Origin: Schmidtea nova
Lineage: Eukaryota
Assembly: GCA_044892505.1 (NCBI GenBank)
Contig: CM097882.1
Location: 499,162,001 to 499,226,000, forward strand
Reading direction: 5' to 3'
Length of the DNA stretch: 64,000 bases
Of this stretch, positions 37,476 to 54,291 are shown one piece after another. The notes beneath the pieces were generated by a model, which did no database searches, had not been told where the DNA came from, and was given only the letters and a program-made list of their open reading frames with translations. Both the position numbers and the translations under genes were made by a program. Position 1 is the first letter of the stretch; each line of letters opens with the position of its first letter.

Positions 37476-39615
37476 AGAGAAAGAACGAAAATGTATTGAC
37501 AAAAACAATCAGGACGATAAAACTAAGAAAAATAGTGAATAAAAATTCAGGCAAAATCGAATTTTGAAGATACATTGAATCGTTTAATTGAAACGAAGTG
37601 ACAGTACATATTATTAATTCGTCAAGGAGAATTTGGATTCCTTGAAACGGGGAGAAGTAACTAAAAAAGAATTCGATTTCGAAAATAATTGAAGAAATCA
37701 TTTATCAAAATTAAACCTTCTATTTTGTGAAATCAAAGTGACTTAAAAGGAAAGATAAACTTATCTTAATATTTTTCAAATACGCGTATACAAAGCGAAG
37801 TAATCAGCTTTAGTATACTATGAGTGTGTTTAAAATATAAACTTGCTTTCCCAAATCTGTTATTTGTTTTCAGCTATTTTTGTGCGATATATGAGCCAAA
37901 TATTTCTTGCAACTGTTATAAAACAGCAAGTATAATCTTAAGCCAAGCTCTTATTTATATCTTGTAAATATAACAGACATTGCAAATTTTTCTGTTTAAA
38001 TAAAAGTTTGGTAAAAGAGAATTTTGTTTTAGATATTTCGAACACAATTAACGAATAATTATATTCAATTATTTATAAAACTTTATGTATGATTATTTAT
38101 AGTCAGTTGTGCTAAGATTAATTAGTTCCATTTCCCGATCTTAACAAGTATAAATGAGAAAAATATTATTTTTAAAATTTTGATAATTTTTTTTAAATTC
38201 AAAACTAATAATTCCTTTTAAGTTAGTATTTAAAATCAAATATTTAAAATTAATTTTAATTTTTTAAAATAATTTTTAAAATAATTTATCCTATGAATAG
38301 AAAATCTTATTTAATAAATGAAAAAATAAATGCTTTGAAAATATAAAAGAAAAACAAACAATATTAACAAGAAATTTCCACATAAATATTCAAAAACTTG
38401 AAAAATAACGCTGTCAGAAGTTCCTGGCGAAAGTTTGCATGAAATTAACCAGAAGTCGTCGCATTGGAGTGTATAACATTGGTATAACATGAATTAGAGG
38501 TTCGAATTTCAAGTACAACTCATTTAAGAGACAATAAATAGCTATGTATAACATATGAGTTACTCGAAATAGCAAAGAATAGTCATGTAAACCAATGGAA
38601 GGAAAGCTAGCATGGTATGGCAGCCATGGGTACACCATACGTCTCAGAGACCCCAGACCAGATTAGAAAGTCAATGATTAAAGTAGGGAGCAAATGTTTT
38701 CTGTCCAAAGACATACCACTAAATATTATAGACTGATTAGTCAAAGAAATGAAAGGGGACAAGAAAGATCATCGAACTGATACATGCTAGACTGAAAAAA
38801 AAGAATGTACAAGGAAATTAAATAAAAGTTTTCTTTAAATTTGTTATAATTGTGTGATCAGGATTTTGTGAATTATATGTTCGGCAACTTCTTAACTTGA
38901 TCCAAATCTCATTTAGTGAATAAAAGAGGATTTCTATCAGAATCTTAAAGTGCATGTGATTTCTTAAATCACAAGTACAATTATTAGAATAGCAGTTAAT
39001 TCGTATATAAACCAACCTAATTTAGTTCCAAACGCTTTTAAGATCTACAAGCGTATCAGACGCTAAACTGAAATAAGAAAAATTTAATTGTTGAGAATTA
39101 AAATAGAAGGGTTATCTTACTGGGACGGACCATGGCATTATATAAAGGCGTTCATTGATAAAACTCTATGGAGAAAATTAATTCTTACTAAGATGTAGAG
39201 CTATTCTTGGCTGATGATTTATCGGATATCACTTGTCTTCTATCACTAAGTTGACTTTTGACAATTGAATTAAATGATTTCAGCATTAATGTATCTTGAA
39301 CTTTTCTAGTTTTTATAATAAGACAAATTTATTGGAATTTCTTATTTCTTATCGCGTCCGTGTGCGCATGATATTGTATTTGGTAATTTTCTAATTGAAT
39401 TTTTAGATTAATGATTTTGATTTTTAGATTTAATATTTTTTTAGATTAGATTTATTTGTATGGTTTTTGTTTGTTTTAATATTCCAATGGAATTTTAATG
39501 GAGATATTTAGTTTCGATAGTTTTGGATTTTTGATGTGGAATTAGTGGAAATAGTGGAAATTTAGATTTATTGCTTAATAGACTTCAATAAATATGGAGA
39601 ATTAATTGATTATGC

Positions 39616-43506
<3,891 letters not shown>

Positions 43507-44696
43507 ACGTCTTTTTTTGATTTCATAGTAATATCATTTTTGAGTGATTAACGCATCTGGTTAATATATATTATTATAAGAGCCCACAGAAATTTAGACA
43601 ATGTTATCAGAATTTTTTTAACAAAGTTTAATCGGAAATTGAAAGCTTAGTTTGAAATTGTACGAAAATTGATAATAATAAAGTTTATTAGGATTTAGTT
43701 TAATTGCTATCATTGTAATATCAAAAAATTTTTATATATTGTTTGGATTATTTATCAATACCAATGAACCGGAAGATTCATAATGAACTTTAATTAAAAA
43801 GAAAAAACCAATTTTACGAAAAAACCAAACTCCTTTTATTAAATATTTTCTTTCTATTTACTTTTTCATATTATTTCGGAGTATTATTATTTAAAACTAA
43901 TTCAGATAATTGACATTATAATTTTCGTATTGTTTACATATTACAAGCTGAGACAAATTTCTGAAAATGAAAAAAATATAGCATAAATGCAGCAAAAATT
44001 TTAGAAGATGATGAAGTACTTTAAGAAGATAATTATTATAAATTGGCACTCAAGATAAATTCATTAAATAAGTATGTAGAAATATTCTTAGTGTTAATTA
44101 AAAAATTATGGAAAAATTGCTTTAATAATATGTTTTGGCTGACACTCAATGTGTTTTACTGGCTCCAGCCAAAAATTCAAAAACATAGAACGATAAACGG
44201 AATAAACAAACTAAAAGAATAGAACAATAAGGAAATAATTAAATTATTCAATAATTAAATAATTAATTGATAAAAACAAATCAATCTAATTAGGTAATAG
44301 ATTTCCCGAGCTGTAGTCCTATACAACTAAAACAATAAATAATTTTATTTATTTAAGAATTTTTCGGAAAATAAATCAATTACAGGTAATATAATTTTGT
44401 TTTGGATTTTTGAGAATTCAGAATGTTTCAGAATTCTAAAAGAATTTGATAATTGGGTTACGAATAGTATCAAACAAAAAAGAGAGCTGTAAAATGAGAG
44501 ACAATTTTCGACAAATGGTGAATGTAGTTGTAGACAAAAGTTAGGAAAATTAAAATGAGAAACGAGTTAAAAATCAAGCTAGTCAAATAAAACAAAGTAT
44601 TTACAATGGTTTCCCATAGTGTTACTTCCATAATTATTTTTGAAAAGTGCAGATATTCAAAGTGATTGTATAATTGCAATTTTGTCAAATAAAAGT

Positions 44697-44912
44697 TTAT
44701 TGTGCTGGGTTTCGTTTAATTTGATAAAGAACACAGGATTCAGAGTTTTATATCGACTAATTCACTAATTATTGTGCTGGGTTTCGTTTAATTTGATAAA
44801 GAACACATGATTCAGAGTTTTATATCGACTAATTCACTAATTATTGTGCTGGGTTTCGTTTAATTTGATAAATAACACAGGATTCAGAGTTTTATATCGA
44901 CTAATTCACTAA
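44697..44912. repeat. Three tandem copies of a 72-bp unit
   Basis: TGTGCTGGGTTTCG starts at 44701, 44773 and 44845; near-identical units with no spacers. Confidence 0.92.
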
Positions 44913-45140
44913 TAACCAATAATTATGATTAATAATTTCATGATTCACAGTATTCATTAAATAAATACTGACAGTAAATGACAATCAAATTCAAGAATTA
45001 GATTTTACACTTTTATGTTATTTAAATATTAATGTATGCAATTAATACTTATCTATTTTAAATAATCTATATTATTTATAAATAATCTATATCTACCATT
45101 AATTAACTTAATAGATATTCATCAACTGATTGTACAAGCC

Positions 45141-45696
45141 TTAACCTTTTCGCACCGAAAACCGTATATTCCAGTGAGAAAAAAAACGTTATAAAAAGTT
45201 GAAAACCGTATTTATCTGATTTCATTATATTTAAGAGACGAATGTCGGACGATTCCGTTTTATGTGTTAGATATGTTTATTTGTGTTTATAGGCAAGTTT
45301 TAACTTGTCTGTTATTTTATTTGTCATGTATGAGTCTGGAAGTAGTAGTTCCTATTCCATAGTAAGCACACGAACGTTTGAGCTTGATAACTATCGAAGT
45401 TTTAGATTTATTAAATTAATATTTGTAATTTTGACAAAATATTAAAATAAGTAAAATATATAAATATTAATAAGTATAATTTTTAAATAATATAATAAGT
45501 AATAATTCTTTTATATTATATTTTTGTAGAAAATGCCTTTAGATCGAAAGAAATATATACGGGAAAAGAATTTGAACAAATTGTTACGGATATGATGGTA
45601 GATGAAGAATTTGAAGATGACAATGCAGTAATTAGTAGTGGTGAAAGTGATATTGATGAGGACATTGATAGTGAAGAAAATACCAATGATGTAGAC
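45141..45696 (+). mobile_element. piggyBac-like 5' end with acidic transposase N-terminus, cut by the hAT insertion
   Basis: TTAA|CCTTTTCGCACCG terminus; acidic ORF start ...DEEFEDDNAVISSGESDIDEDIDSEE. Confidence 0.45.
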
Positions 45697-47915
45697 CAAG
45701 GGTCGGCAAAATACGGCCCGCGGGCCAAGTACGGCCCATTCGGTATTTTATTTTGGCCCTTCAAGACTTTTATTACCACCTTGTTATTCGGCCCGCTTTG
45801 GTTTAAATTATTTCAGCTTCTCAAAAAATTCAATTCAAAGTAAAATAATGTGAACCTTCAAAAACTCAATTTAATTTATGAATATACAATTTAAAGTTGT
45901 AGGTAAGTACCAATAATTAAAATATTGTGTTTACGCCTGAATAATTTTCTGATGGTTTAGCGATTGTTGTTACGTTACGCATTGCAGTTGTAGTTGCAGT
46001 ATACAAATTACAAAAACCGAAAAATTCATTCCAAACTAAAGTTGTTTTTTTTTTAAAAAAATTGACGTTTCGTATTTGTTTCTTCTGTGAATTCTTGATT
46101 CTTGGAAAATTAAAATGTTAATTTATTATTTAACAATTGAAAGTTGTTGGTAAGTACCAATAATTAAAAAAAGTTTATGAGTACATAAAATTATCTATTT
46201 ATTTATTTTCTTAATTAACTATGATTTTAATGTGTTTATTTAGCTCAAATATAATTCCAAAATCTAACCAAAAAAATCAATAACAAAAAAGATTAGTGGT
46301 CGGAATCAAATTTCAATACTGCTACCTGCAACTAGTAAGTTTTTTATTATTACAATTTTTAAGTGTTGTCTAAATTTTAATTGAAATATAAAAATATTTT
46401 TGTACATTAATATTTGTTAGCTTATATATAAATATTTTATTCTATTTTTAGCAAAAATAATTTTATTACAAACGCCTTCAGCAATGTTGTCAAAAAAACG
46501 TAAAGTAGATTCTGAAGGAAGGGTTTTCAATAAAAAATGGACATATGACTATTTTTTCGTGGAATATAATAAGAAAGCGTGCTGTCTTATTTGTAGAACG
46601 ACAGTTTCCGTATTTAAGGAATATAATGTACAGCGGCATTATAATTCGCAACATAAAGAGGAATACAGCAAGCTTCAAGATAGTTCAAGAACAACAGAAA
46701 TAAATAAAATGAAGATTTCTCTGACAAACCAGCAAACTTATTTCCACAAAATTAAAAACAAAAATGAATCACTGATACGAGCAGGTTATAAAGTTGCCTA
46801 TTTAATTGCATGTAATGGAAAACCATTTACTGAAGGCGAATTTTTAAAACAATGTATGCAAGAAGTTATTGCGGAAATTTTACCAGAAAATAAAAATATC
46901 ATTTCAGATTTAAGCCTTTTAGCACGAACTATAACAAGACGAATAGAACACATAGGCAGTGATCTTTTCGACACATTAAAAAAACAATCAAATACGTTTA
47001 AATATTTTTCAATTGCTATGGATGAGAGCTGTGATATTAATGATACAGCTCAACTTATTATATTTATTAGGGGTATAAATAGTAAATTCGACGTATGTGA
47101 AGAGTTAGCTGCTTTGTGCAGTTTGAAAGATACAACAACAGCTGCAGATATATTCGTTCATGTTGAACAAACTATTGAATCGCTAGGATTGAACTGGAAA
47201 AATTTAAAAGGAATTACAACAGATGGAGCCCGAAACATGTGTGGTTATAAGACCGGAGTAGCTGTTTGTATTAGCAATAAAGTGATATATTCAGGTGGTG
47301 AACCCCCAATTATTTTCCACTGTATAATTCACCAACAAGCTTTGTGCATGAAAAATTTAAAATGGAAATCAGTTATGGATGTGGTCATTTCTATAATAAA
47401 CTTAATAAGGCGACACAGTTTGAACCACCGCCAATTTCAGGAGTTTTTAGTACAAATTGAAGCCGAGTACGGTGATGTACTTTATCATACTGATATTAGA
47501 TGGTTAAGCACTGGTAATGTCCTTAAAAGATTTTTTTATTTAAGAGACGCTATTGATATTTTTTAAACGAAAAAGGAAAAAGAAGAATGGAATTATTAGA
47601 TCCGGAATGGCTACTTGATTTAGCTTTTTTAATTGATATCACTTCATTGATGAATGAATTAAATTTAAAACTACAAGGCAAAGATAAATTGGCTCACGAA
47701 TGTTTTTCTGATATTAAATCTTTTGAAATGAAATTACGATTAATCAAATCCAACATTTTGCAGAAAAAGTTTCACAATTTACCATTTTGTTCAATTATTA
47801 TGGAAAATAATTCACATTTAATTTTACATAAATTTGGAGATTACATTGATATGCTTCAAAATGAATTTGAAACACGGTTTTCTGATTTTCATAAACACTC
47901 GAAGACATTTAAACT
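45697..47915 (+). mobile_element. hAT (SPIN/Buster, GTF2IRD2-like) transposon, 3' truncated; transposase 46484-~47915 with a frameshift near 47566
   Basis: TIR-like CAAGGGTCGGCAAAATACGGCCCGCGGGCC. BED finger CLICRTT...QRHY, SIAMDESCDINDTAQL, ITTDGARNM, HCIIHQQAL and RWLS motifs. Confidence 0.9.
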
Positions 47916-48560
47916 CTCCTGGAGGTAGTCAGAAATTTTTTGGGAAACACCGCTCTAGCAACTACAAAGAAGTCGTTTCTGAGCTGCTTGATGCTTTTGC
48001 TGCACTGAAGGTAACTTCAAATTATTGTGGCTGTAGCATATTATTATTTTTCTACCTCTTACAGGTCAATATGTCTCTCAAAATTCATTTTTTGAAGAAT
48101 CATCTTGAATTTTTTCTTGACGATCTGGGAAAAGTGAGTGATGAACACGGTGAAAGGTTTCACCAGACAATCAAAGCTATTGAAAATCGCTATCAAGACA
48201 GGAGTGACTCAAGGATGATGACAGACTTTTGCTGGTTAATGAATGTTGAAACTTAAATTTTATTGACACTGCGTTTCTTTGCTGAAATATCAAATAGTGA
48301 CAGCCTAACTCAGCGTATTTTTCCGTTTCATTTATCTCGCCGTTGAAATTCTCATGCAAGTATCTTTCTACTTCTGTCTGTGTCTATCATAAATTGTTTT
48401 CGCTATAATTTACTATATTTTTAATGACAATCTCCTTAAAAAATATATCGTTAACTTCAACTAACTTTCCTTCTAAATGACTTTTTTTCTAAATTTCGGA
48501 TACTCCTTTATATAAAAAACTAGACGTGGCGGAGAAATTTCGATAAAAATTATCTTTCTA
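47915..48560 (+). mobile_element. Chapaev(3)-like transposase C-terminal fragment with a 54-nt GT-AG intron (48011-48064)
   Basis: NMSLKIHFLKNHLEFF...LGKVSDEHGERFHQ.I..IENRYQ...MMTDFCW. Superfamily name is from recall of this motif. Confidence 0.6.
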
Positions 48561-49169
48561 TATTGACTTAACAGTTTTGTGATTATCTTTGCATTGACAA
48601 TTTATTGTGAATTTTTATTATTTTATAATGTTATCTGAATGCCAAGATATGCATTTAATTGTAAAGAAAAATCATTGATAATTTATTTTATGTTGTTTCC
48701 TTTTATATTAGACATTTACAAATAACATATTATATATGGATAATAAATCACAAAGTTCAACATTCATATGTATAAAATGTTATAAATCACAATATTCAGT
48801 TTAAATTATTCATTAAATGAATGTCAATGCTAAATGAATCACAGATTATTGGATTGTTTATATTGATAATATGTGTGTACATATATGTTGGATGACGAGT
48901 GTTGGGCTAGTACATATCTAGGATAAATACAAATTAAGCAAATAAATTAGTAGAATTAAATAGCGAAATGAACATCAGAGAAAGAAATTAGAAAATTAAG
49001 AAATAATAGCCGTAAATGGGATATATTTAAAACAAAAATAAATTGGAAAGTCGGAGAAAAATCAGAAAATAATAGTAAAAGAATAAAATTAAAAGAAAAG
49101 AAAAGAAATTTAATAAAAGAAATAAGAAATAATAATCAGAAGAAGATTATTATGTCGTTCTTAGAGGCT

Positions 49170-50045
49170 CTATGAGGAAAGTTGATGACACAGAAAAATA
49201 CAGATGGAGTTTATTCTGGGGTTTAGTGGCCATGTACAGAATAATGGTCATCAAGCAAAGTGGTGACCAACAATATATTACAAAAGTGTCAGATGCTATA
49301 CTCTGTGCTCAAATCACCACCATTCGGTGTCGATGTCTCTGAATTTTTGCATTTTGCTAAGTTAAGAAACAGTCTTTCCAATCCATCTAGTTATACCAAA
49401 CTAGTCGCAGCCCTTGACATGTTCCTTGTTAAATTTCCAAACAATGTTTATTCTGCTGCACGCATGTCAACGGCGCCCTCAAGACAGAGGGCCTGTACTA
49501 TATTGACAGGATTGGCGGATATTGGTGAGGCAACAGGCAGGTTACCAACTGAAATACTCAGCTATGTGATGGATTCCAAGGTAGCAGATGACGCCATCAG
49601 AATAGCAAAAGCAGGAGAAGAGATCGGAATAGAGGATTCCTATTCAAATTATATTCACGACATGTGTATTTCTTCAAGGTCTCCTTATTCTACCCGGTTA
49701 ATAGGCATCTCCATTTTTGGATGCATGTTGTAGGTGTTGTGTGCTATTCCACACCAACTGATTCCCATGGCTATACATGCGGGGTTATCTATAAGGAAAT
49801 CGGCCACAGTCGCTCTCCGGTTTACAGAAAGCAAAGAAATGCAACAAAGATTCAATAAGGAACTCACTAGCAGAAAAAAGACCTTAAAATCTGGGGATGA
49901 TTTTAGCAACAGCACTCTTGGGGCTGTGTTAGAAAGGTGGACTTTAAATAATGGAGACATACCAAAAGAAGATCTAGAGCAACTTTGAATACAATTAAAG
50001 TCCTACACCAACACAATACAAGACACAATAGGGACAAGTGGCATG
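49170..50045 (+). pseudogene. Endogenous viral element: rhabdovirus-like nucleoprotein (N), frameshifted
   Basis: SYTKLVAALDMFL, STAPSR, EEIGIEDSYSNYIHDMCISSRSPYS and then NRHLHFW in a shifted frame are collinear with vesiculovirus N (NYTKIVAAVDMFF, GTIVSRF, QEIDKADSYMPYLIDFGLSSKSPYS, NPAFHFW). Confidence 0.88.
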
Positions 50046-50999
50046 GAGTATCTCGGATTGTAATATATGCAGACCCATTGTATATTAGAGAGCCAACAAA
50101 AGCGTTAACGATTGGTAAAATTAAGTAGGAGATCTAATAGGTAACTCCACTATCATCAAATCGGTTAGAGTAGCGAGGCGACGACTAAACCAGATAAATA
50201 AATTTTTACTTTCTACCGGAACAATAATCAAGTTAGTGGCATTTCCGTAAATGCGAGCAAATTCCAATCAGTTATCAAACCAAATTGTAACCAAAATTCA
50301 CGTTGAATAATATAAAATAAAGAAGTTTTGTGTGATTCCAACTCTGTCGTTTTAACCCGCCTAGAAATGACTATGATATAATTCACCCATTTAACTAGTC
50401 CTGTATCTATAATTAACGTTTGCTTTTCCAGGCATATAATAGTCAGCAGGCATATCCGATGCAACCCGCGAGAGCACTTAAGAAATTTCAAATGAGTAGA
50501 AATCCATGAATTCCCCACTTCAGGAAAGTTTTGAGTGCTTTTGTAAGTCATGGAGTAGAGTGAATAGAATCCAAAATTTCAAGAGTCGTGCCGAGTTGAG
50601 TGGTGAGCGCACTTGAGATATCTGAGTGTCATCGAGAATGTCGGGAAAAAATCTGGAAAATTTGAACCGTAATTAATTACGACAACCGGTCGAGAAATCT
50701 GGAGTGAATTTGCGCCGCTTATCTTTCACTAGTATGAATTGCTGGCGTAATAAATTAAAAAATTAAAGGTTTTTTTTGGCCGCAGACGTTAAGTGAATAA
50801 ATGATATAATTATTTAAAATTAAAACACGAACGCCCTGAATGTAAATGAGATGTCTAAATAATAGTTAATGAATATAGCTAATAAAACTGTACACTCCGG
50901 GAGTGAGTGAGCCCAGTTTTTTTTATCCCCATGGGGAAGGACTGTTAAATTCATTTTTTTTTGTTAATTTTAATTGAATTGTTAAATGCAGATTCAAAC

Positions 51000-51440
51000 A
51001 TGGCAGAACGAATCAGTATTCAAGTTAAAACAGAGGAAAGTGATATTGGGAAGAGAGACTCTAGACGGCAGGAGTCCGAGTCGGTTGACAATTATCTTCT
51101 CTGGGCACTCCCTTTGAAGAACATTCCGACGGATCTGGCGAGACAGATCGTCGAGGAACACCAAACATCGTTCGAAGAGAGAGGAGTCGTACCGCCGTTT
51201 AGTCTACACCGGAATAGTCCGGACATCGTCACGTGGCACGGTAGCAGATTGTGGCCAATCGATGTAGATAGGGACTATCCCGCGGATCTACCACAATACT
51301 TCGTCGAATCGCCCACTGACGTCCCAGGGCGATTCAGGATATATTATACCGGGTGGATTCCCACCGAAGAATTTTGGAGTATCGGGCGTTTTTGTCTTAG
51401 GTCCCGCTCCAACCAGCCAGACAACATATTTTCCACATAG
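51000..51440 (+). CDS. Unit D upstream ORF1 (~146 aa from ATG 51000), possible Tudor-knot/chromo-barrel-like domain
   Basis: Open ORF. IVTWHGSRLWP and FRIYYTGW...FW resemble the MRG15-type motifs VLCFHGPLLY and YFIHYSGW...EW. Degraded homolog at 18922. Confidence 0.45.
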   Translation: MAERISIQVKTEESDIGKRDSRRQESESVDNYLLWALPLKNIPTDLARQIVEEHQTSFEERGVVPPFSLHRNSPDIVTWHGSRLWPIDVDRDYPADLPQYFVESPTDVPGRFRIYYTGWIPTEEFWSIGRFCLRSRSNQPDNIFST

Positions 51441-51646
51441 TCCTTCTGGAGTGCAGGAGTTTGATTAAATTTTACAAGAATTAACCTCGTTCGGCATATT
51501 AATGTATTACTTGATGAGAGTAGCGAGGGTGGGGGAACGCCCAAGTAAGGATGGTTTTGGGGGAAGGAGATATCCAACGAGCAGTTATTGGAGAGTGATG
51601 ATGGCGGGGAATAAAATCTAATATTTGTTATTTTCCAAGGGAACCA

Positions 51647-52051
51647 ATGGCATTAGAAATAGAAACGATTGGAAAACTAAAACAGAGCATCATCTAGATG
51701 GAGGAGATGAAAGTTGTAAGAGAAAAACTACGACGGGCTATCAACACAATCGAAGACCAACGCGTCGAACTGGAGACAGCCCGGATAGAGGCTAATAACT
51801 GTCGCCGGGTCATTACCAAACATTTCGTAGCAGTTCAATTAGCAGATATGGTTAGACCCATAACGCTTGAAAAATGGTTCCCCACCCAAGAGATAGAAGA
51901 GAGGACTGAGAAAACAACAACAGGATTAACCAAGACAAAGGCGAGGAGCCGCCGAAAATCTCATGCCCAGCGAAGGCATAAACTGAAACCGAAATTGGTG
52001 GCCGAGTTTAACAAAACGCAAATCGATTCAAGTCCAGTGGGAGCCCATTAA
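51647..52051 (+). pseudogene. Unit D coiled-coil protein (one early TAG at 51695-51697)
   Basis: Acceptor TTCCAAG before ATG 51647. LETARIEANNC...FVAVQLADMVRPITLEKW and basic RSRRKSHAQRRHK. Confidence 0.65.
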
Positions 52052-52204
52052 TTTCAATTTTAGTGCAAATTCATGTTTAATTAATATATGTATATGAAAT
52101 TCGTTATAGTTATTGTTGTTTAATTTTTGTTTAGTATTAAGCTTAAAGTTAATAATTTAAACGAAGGAGTTCGTCACCAATTACTAGGAAGAGTAGGCTA
52201 GGCT

Positions 52205-52438
52205 AGAGAATAAAATCACCTTAAATGAGAGACCTGCGACTGGGTGAGGAGCTAGAGTGAAAAGACCTTCTATCGGTCAGTTAGAAATCGAGAAATGCGA
52301 CAAATCAGGAGTAGTTCTTGTGAAGGAGCTCACCTGCTGATTTGCGATCGGCTGTTATGCACATTTCCAGCGTGAAGTATTAGGGTAATTCACGGGTGCA
52401 TGAACAGTTAAGTTTGTATGTGTGTATTGTAACCCTAG
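52205..52438 (+). ncRNA. Unit D downstream structured RNA
   Basis: AAGACCTTCTATCGG; CAAATCAG/CTGATTTG stem with GAGTA / TCACCTG loop and GTGA tetraloop; ATGCAC/GTGCAT enclosing ATTTCCAG; ends ACCCTAG. Confidence 0.68.
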
Positions 52439-54291
52439 AAAGTAGAGCAAGCAAATGTGTAGATTGACGTAAGCTAGAGTAGAAAGGGAAATCGTACAAG
52501 AGGGAAAAGATCTAAATTTTTGAAACTTACAATACACCAACACGAGGGAAAGCCCATCGACACATTCCTCCTATCTAGAAATTATATTGTAGGATTCAAT
52601 AAATACAGGGTCAATATTTATGCCGAACCTGATCAATCAACAAACAAGCCCGATTAAATCAATAACAAACAACCCCGAACATCAATCAACCAAAAAACAA
52701 AAAGATTACAATTCCCTCTTAACAATCCTTTTCAAATAATTCATACATCACTTAATCCCTTCTCAATCAATCAATATAAGCAATCAGATGATCTGCGATT
52801 CATTTAGCATTCCTTTAACTGAATATATTTTAACAATTTGTACTTTAATCAGACATTTATGACATTTGATATTCTTTTATTGTATATTTTAGTTAGCATG
52901 GATATTGTATTCTCATTTTTCTTGAATATTAACAACAATATTATTTTATTATGCATGCACTTTTATTTTGATATTTTATAAAATCTGAATGTAATTGCGA
53001 TATAATGTAAATATTTAAAAACAATTAGCATGATTACAGGAAATTAAAATTATTTCAAGAAATTTTGATATAAGGGAATAAAAATCACAGAATTGCCTGG
53101 AAAATTTTTAAAACTTTGGTTATCACTAAACTTAAGGCTAAAATTATTCTCGAAGGGTAATCCTAAGAGAAATTAACATAAGCCATGTTGTTTCTGAATA
53201 ATAGTGTAAATACTGATAATGCGGAGCTATATAGAAGAATATTAAATGCACAAGAGAGGCGGGCATAGATAAAAATAAAATTAACAAGAAAGCAGTAAAA
53301 CTAATCAGATTGTTAGATCAGAAGAAGCTCATTCTATCGAAGTTTCTCTGAGTAACTAGTTCTACTCATCGGGTTGCAACAAGCAGTCAATATTATTGGT
53401 GATCATAATTTAAAGTGTTATTGTAATTAATTTAGATCTTTTACATTGTGATAATGGTAATAAATAAATATATTGTTAGAGTTGTATTTGAATTGTTAAA
53501 ACACAGACATATAGAGAAAATCAATAATTATTACTGAACCAACTTTTCTGCTAATCCCAGTGATAATAGTAATAAATAAAAAAAAAGCTTTAAACTTATT
53601 TCAATTACGATTATAAATTTACTATGTTAAACAATCTTTCATAATAATGATTGAAATTTAACATTAACGTCTTAATTTTTATCGCAAAATAAAAGTAAAT
53701 ACCTGTCTAAGATATTAAGAAAATAAATTATATAAAATTTCCTTTTTGAATTTCTTTTTTTTTGAAAAATAAATTCTTACAATAACATTTTCTGTTTGAT
53801 TGATTTATTTCTTTGAAATAGAAACTTTTTGTTAAGTTATTCTTTCTTTGGAATATTTTTATAAGAATGTGAATAACTAATCTCTTAAACAGACATTGAT
53901 TAATAAAATTTTGATTATTTTAAAAATAAACACGTGAGCTCTGTCATAGGTGTTGTGTTGAGTAATTAAACAAAATGTATTTATATTTTAAATCAAGAAA
54001 ATATTTATATGGAAATAATATCAGTAAGTTTCCAAAAAAATGATGAATTGATTATCTCTTAAATTAATTTTTAAATTTATTTATCCAATTTTAATATTTA
54101 TCAAATTCGGATTTAATAGAAATGCTTATTTAAGAAAATTATAATATTTTTTGTTTAAAATTTGACTCAAACAAAACATAATCAGACGTTATAATAAAAG
54201 AATTTGATCATTGAGGTAAATTTTAACGAATTATTCAATAATTTTTACTTAATTTTTACAACAGCTCCAAATAAAAGAAATAATATATAAA

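Noticed and set aside
44697-44912. CRISPR-like or hammerhead-satellite reading of the 72-bp repeats
   Set aside because: No unique spacers, eukaryotic context, and no CUGANGA/GAAA core on either strand.
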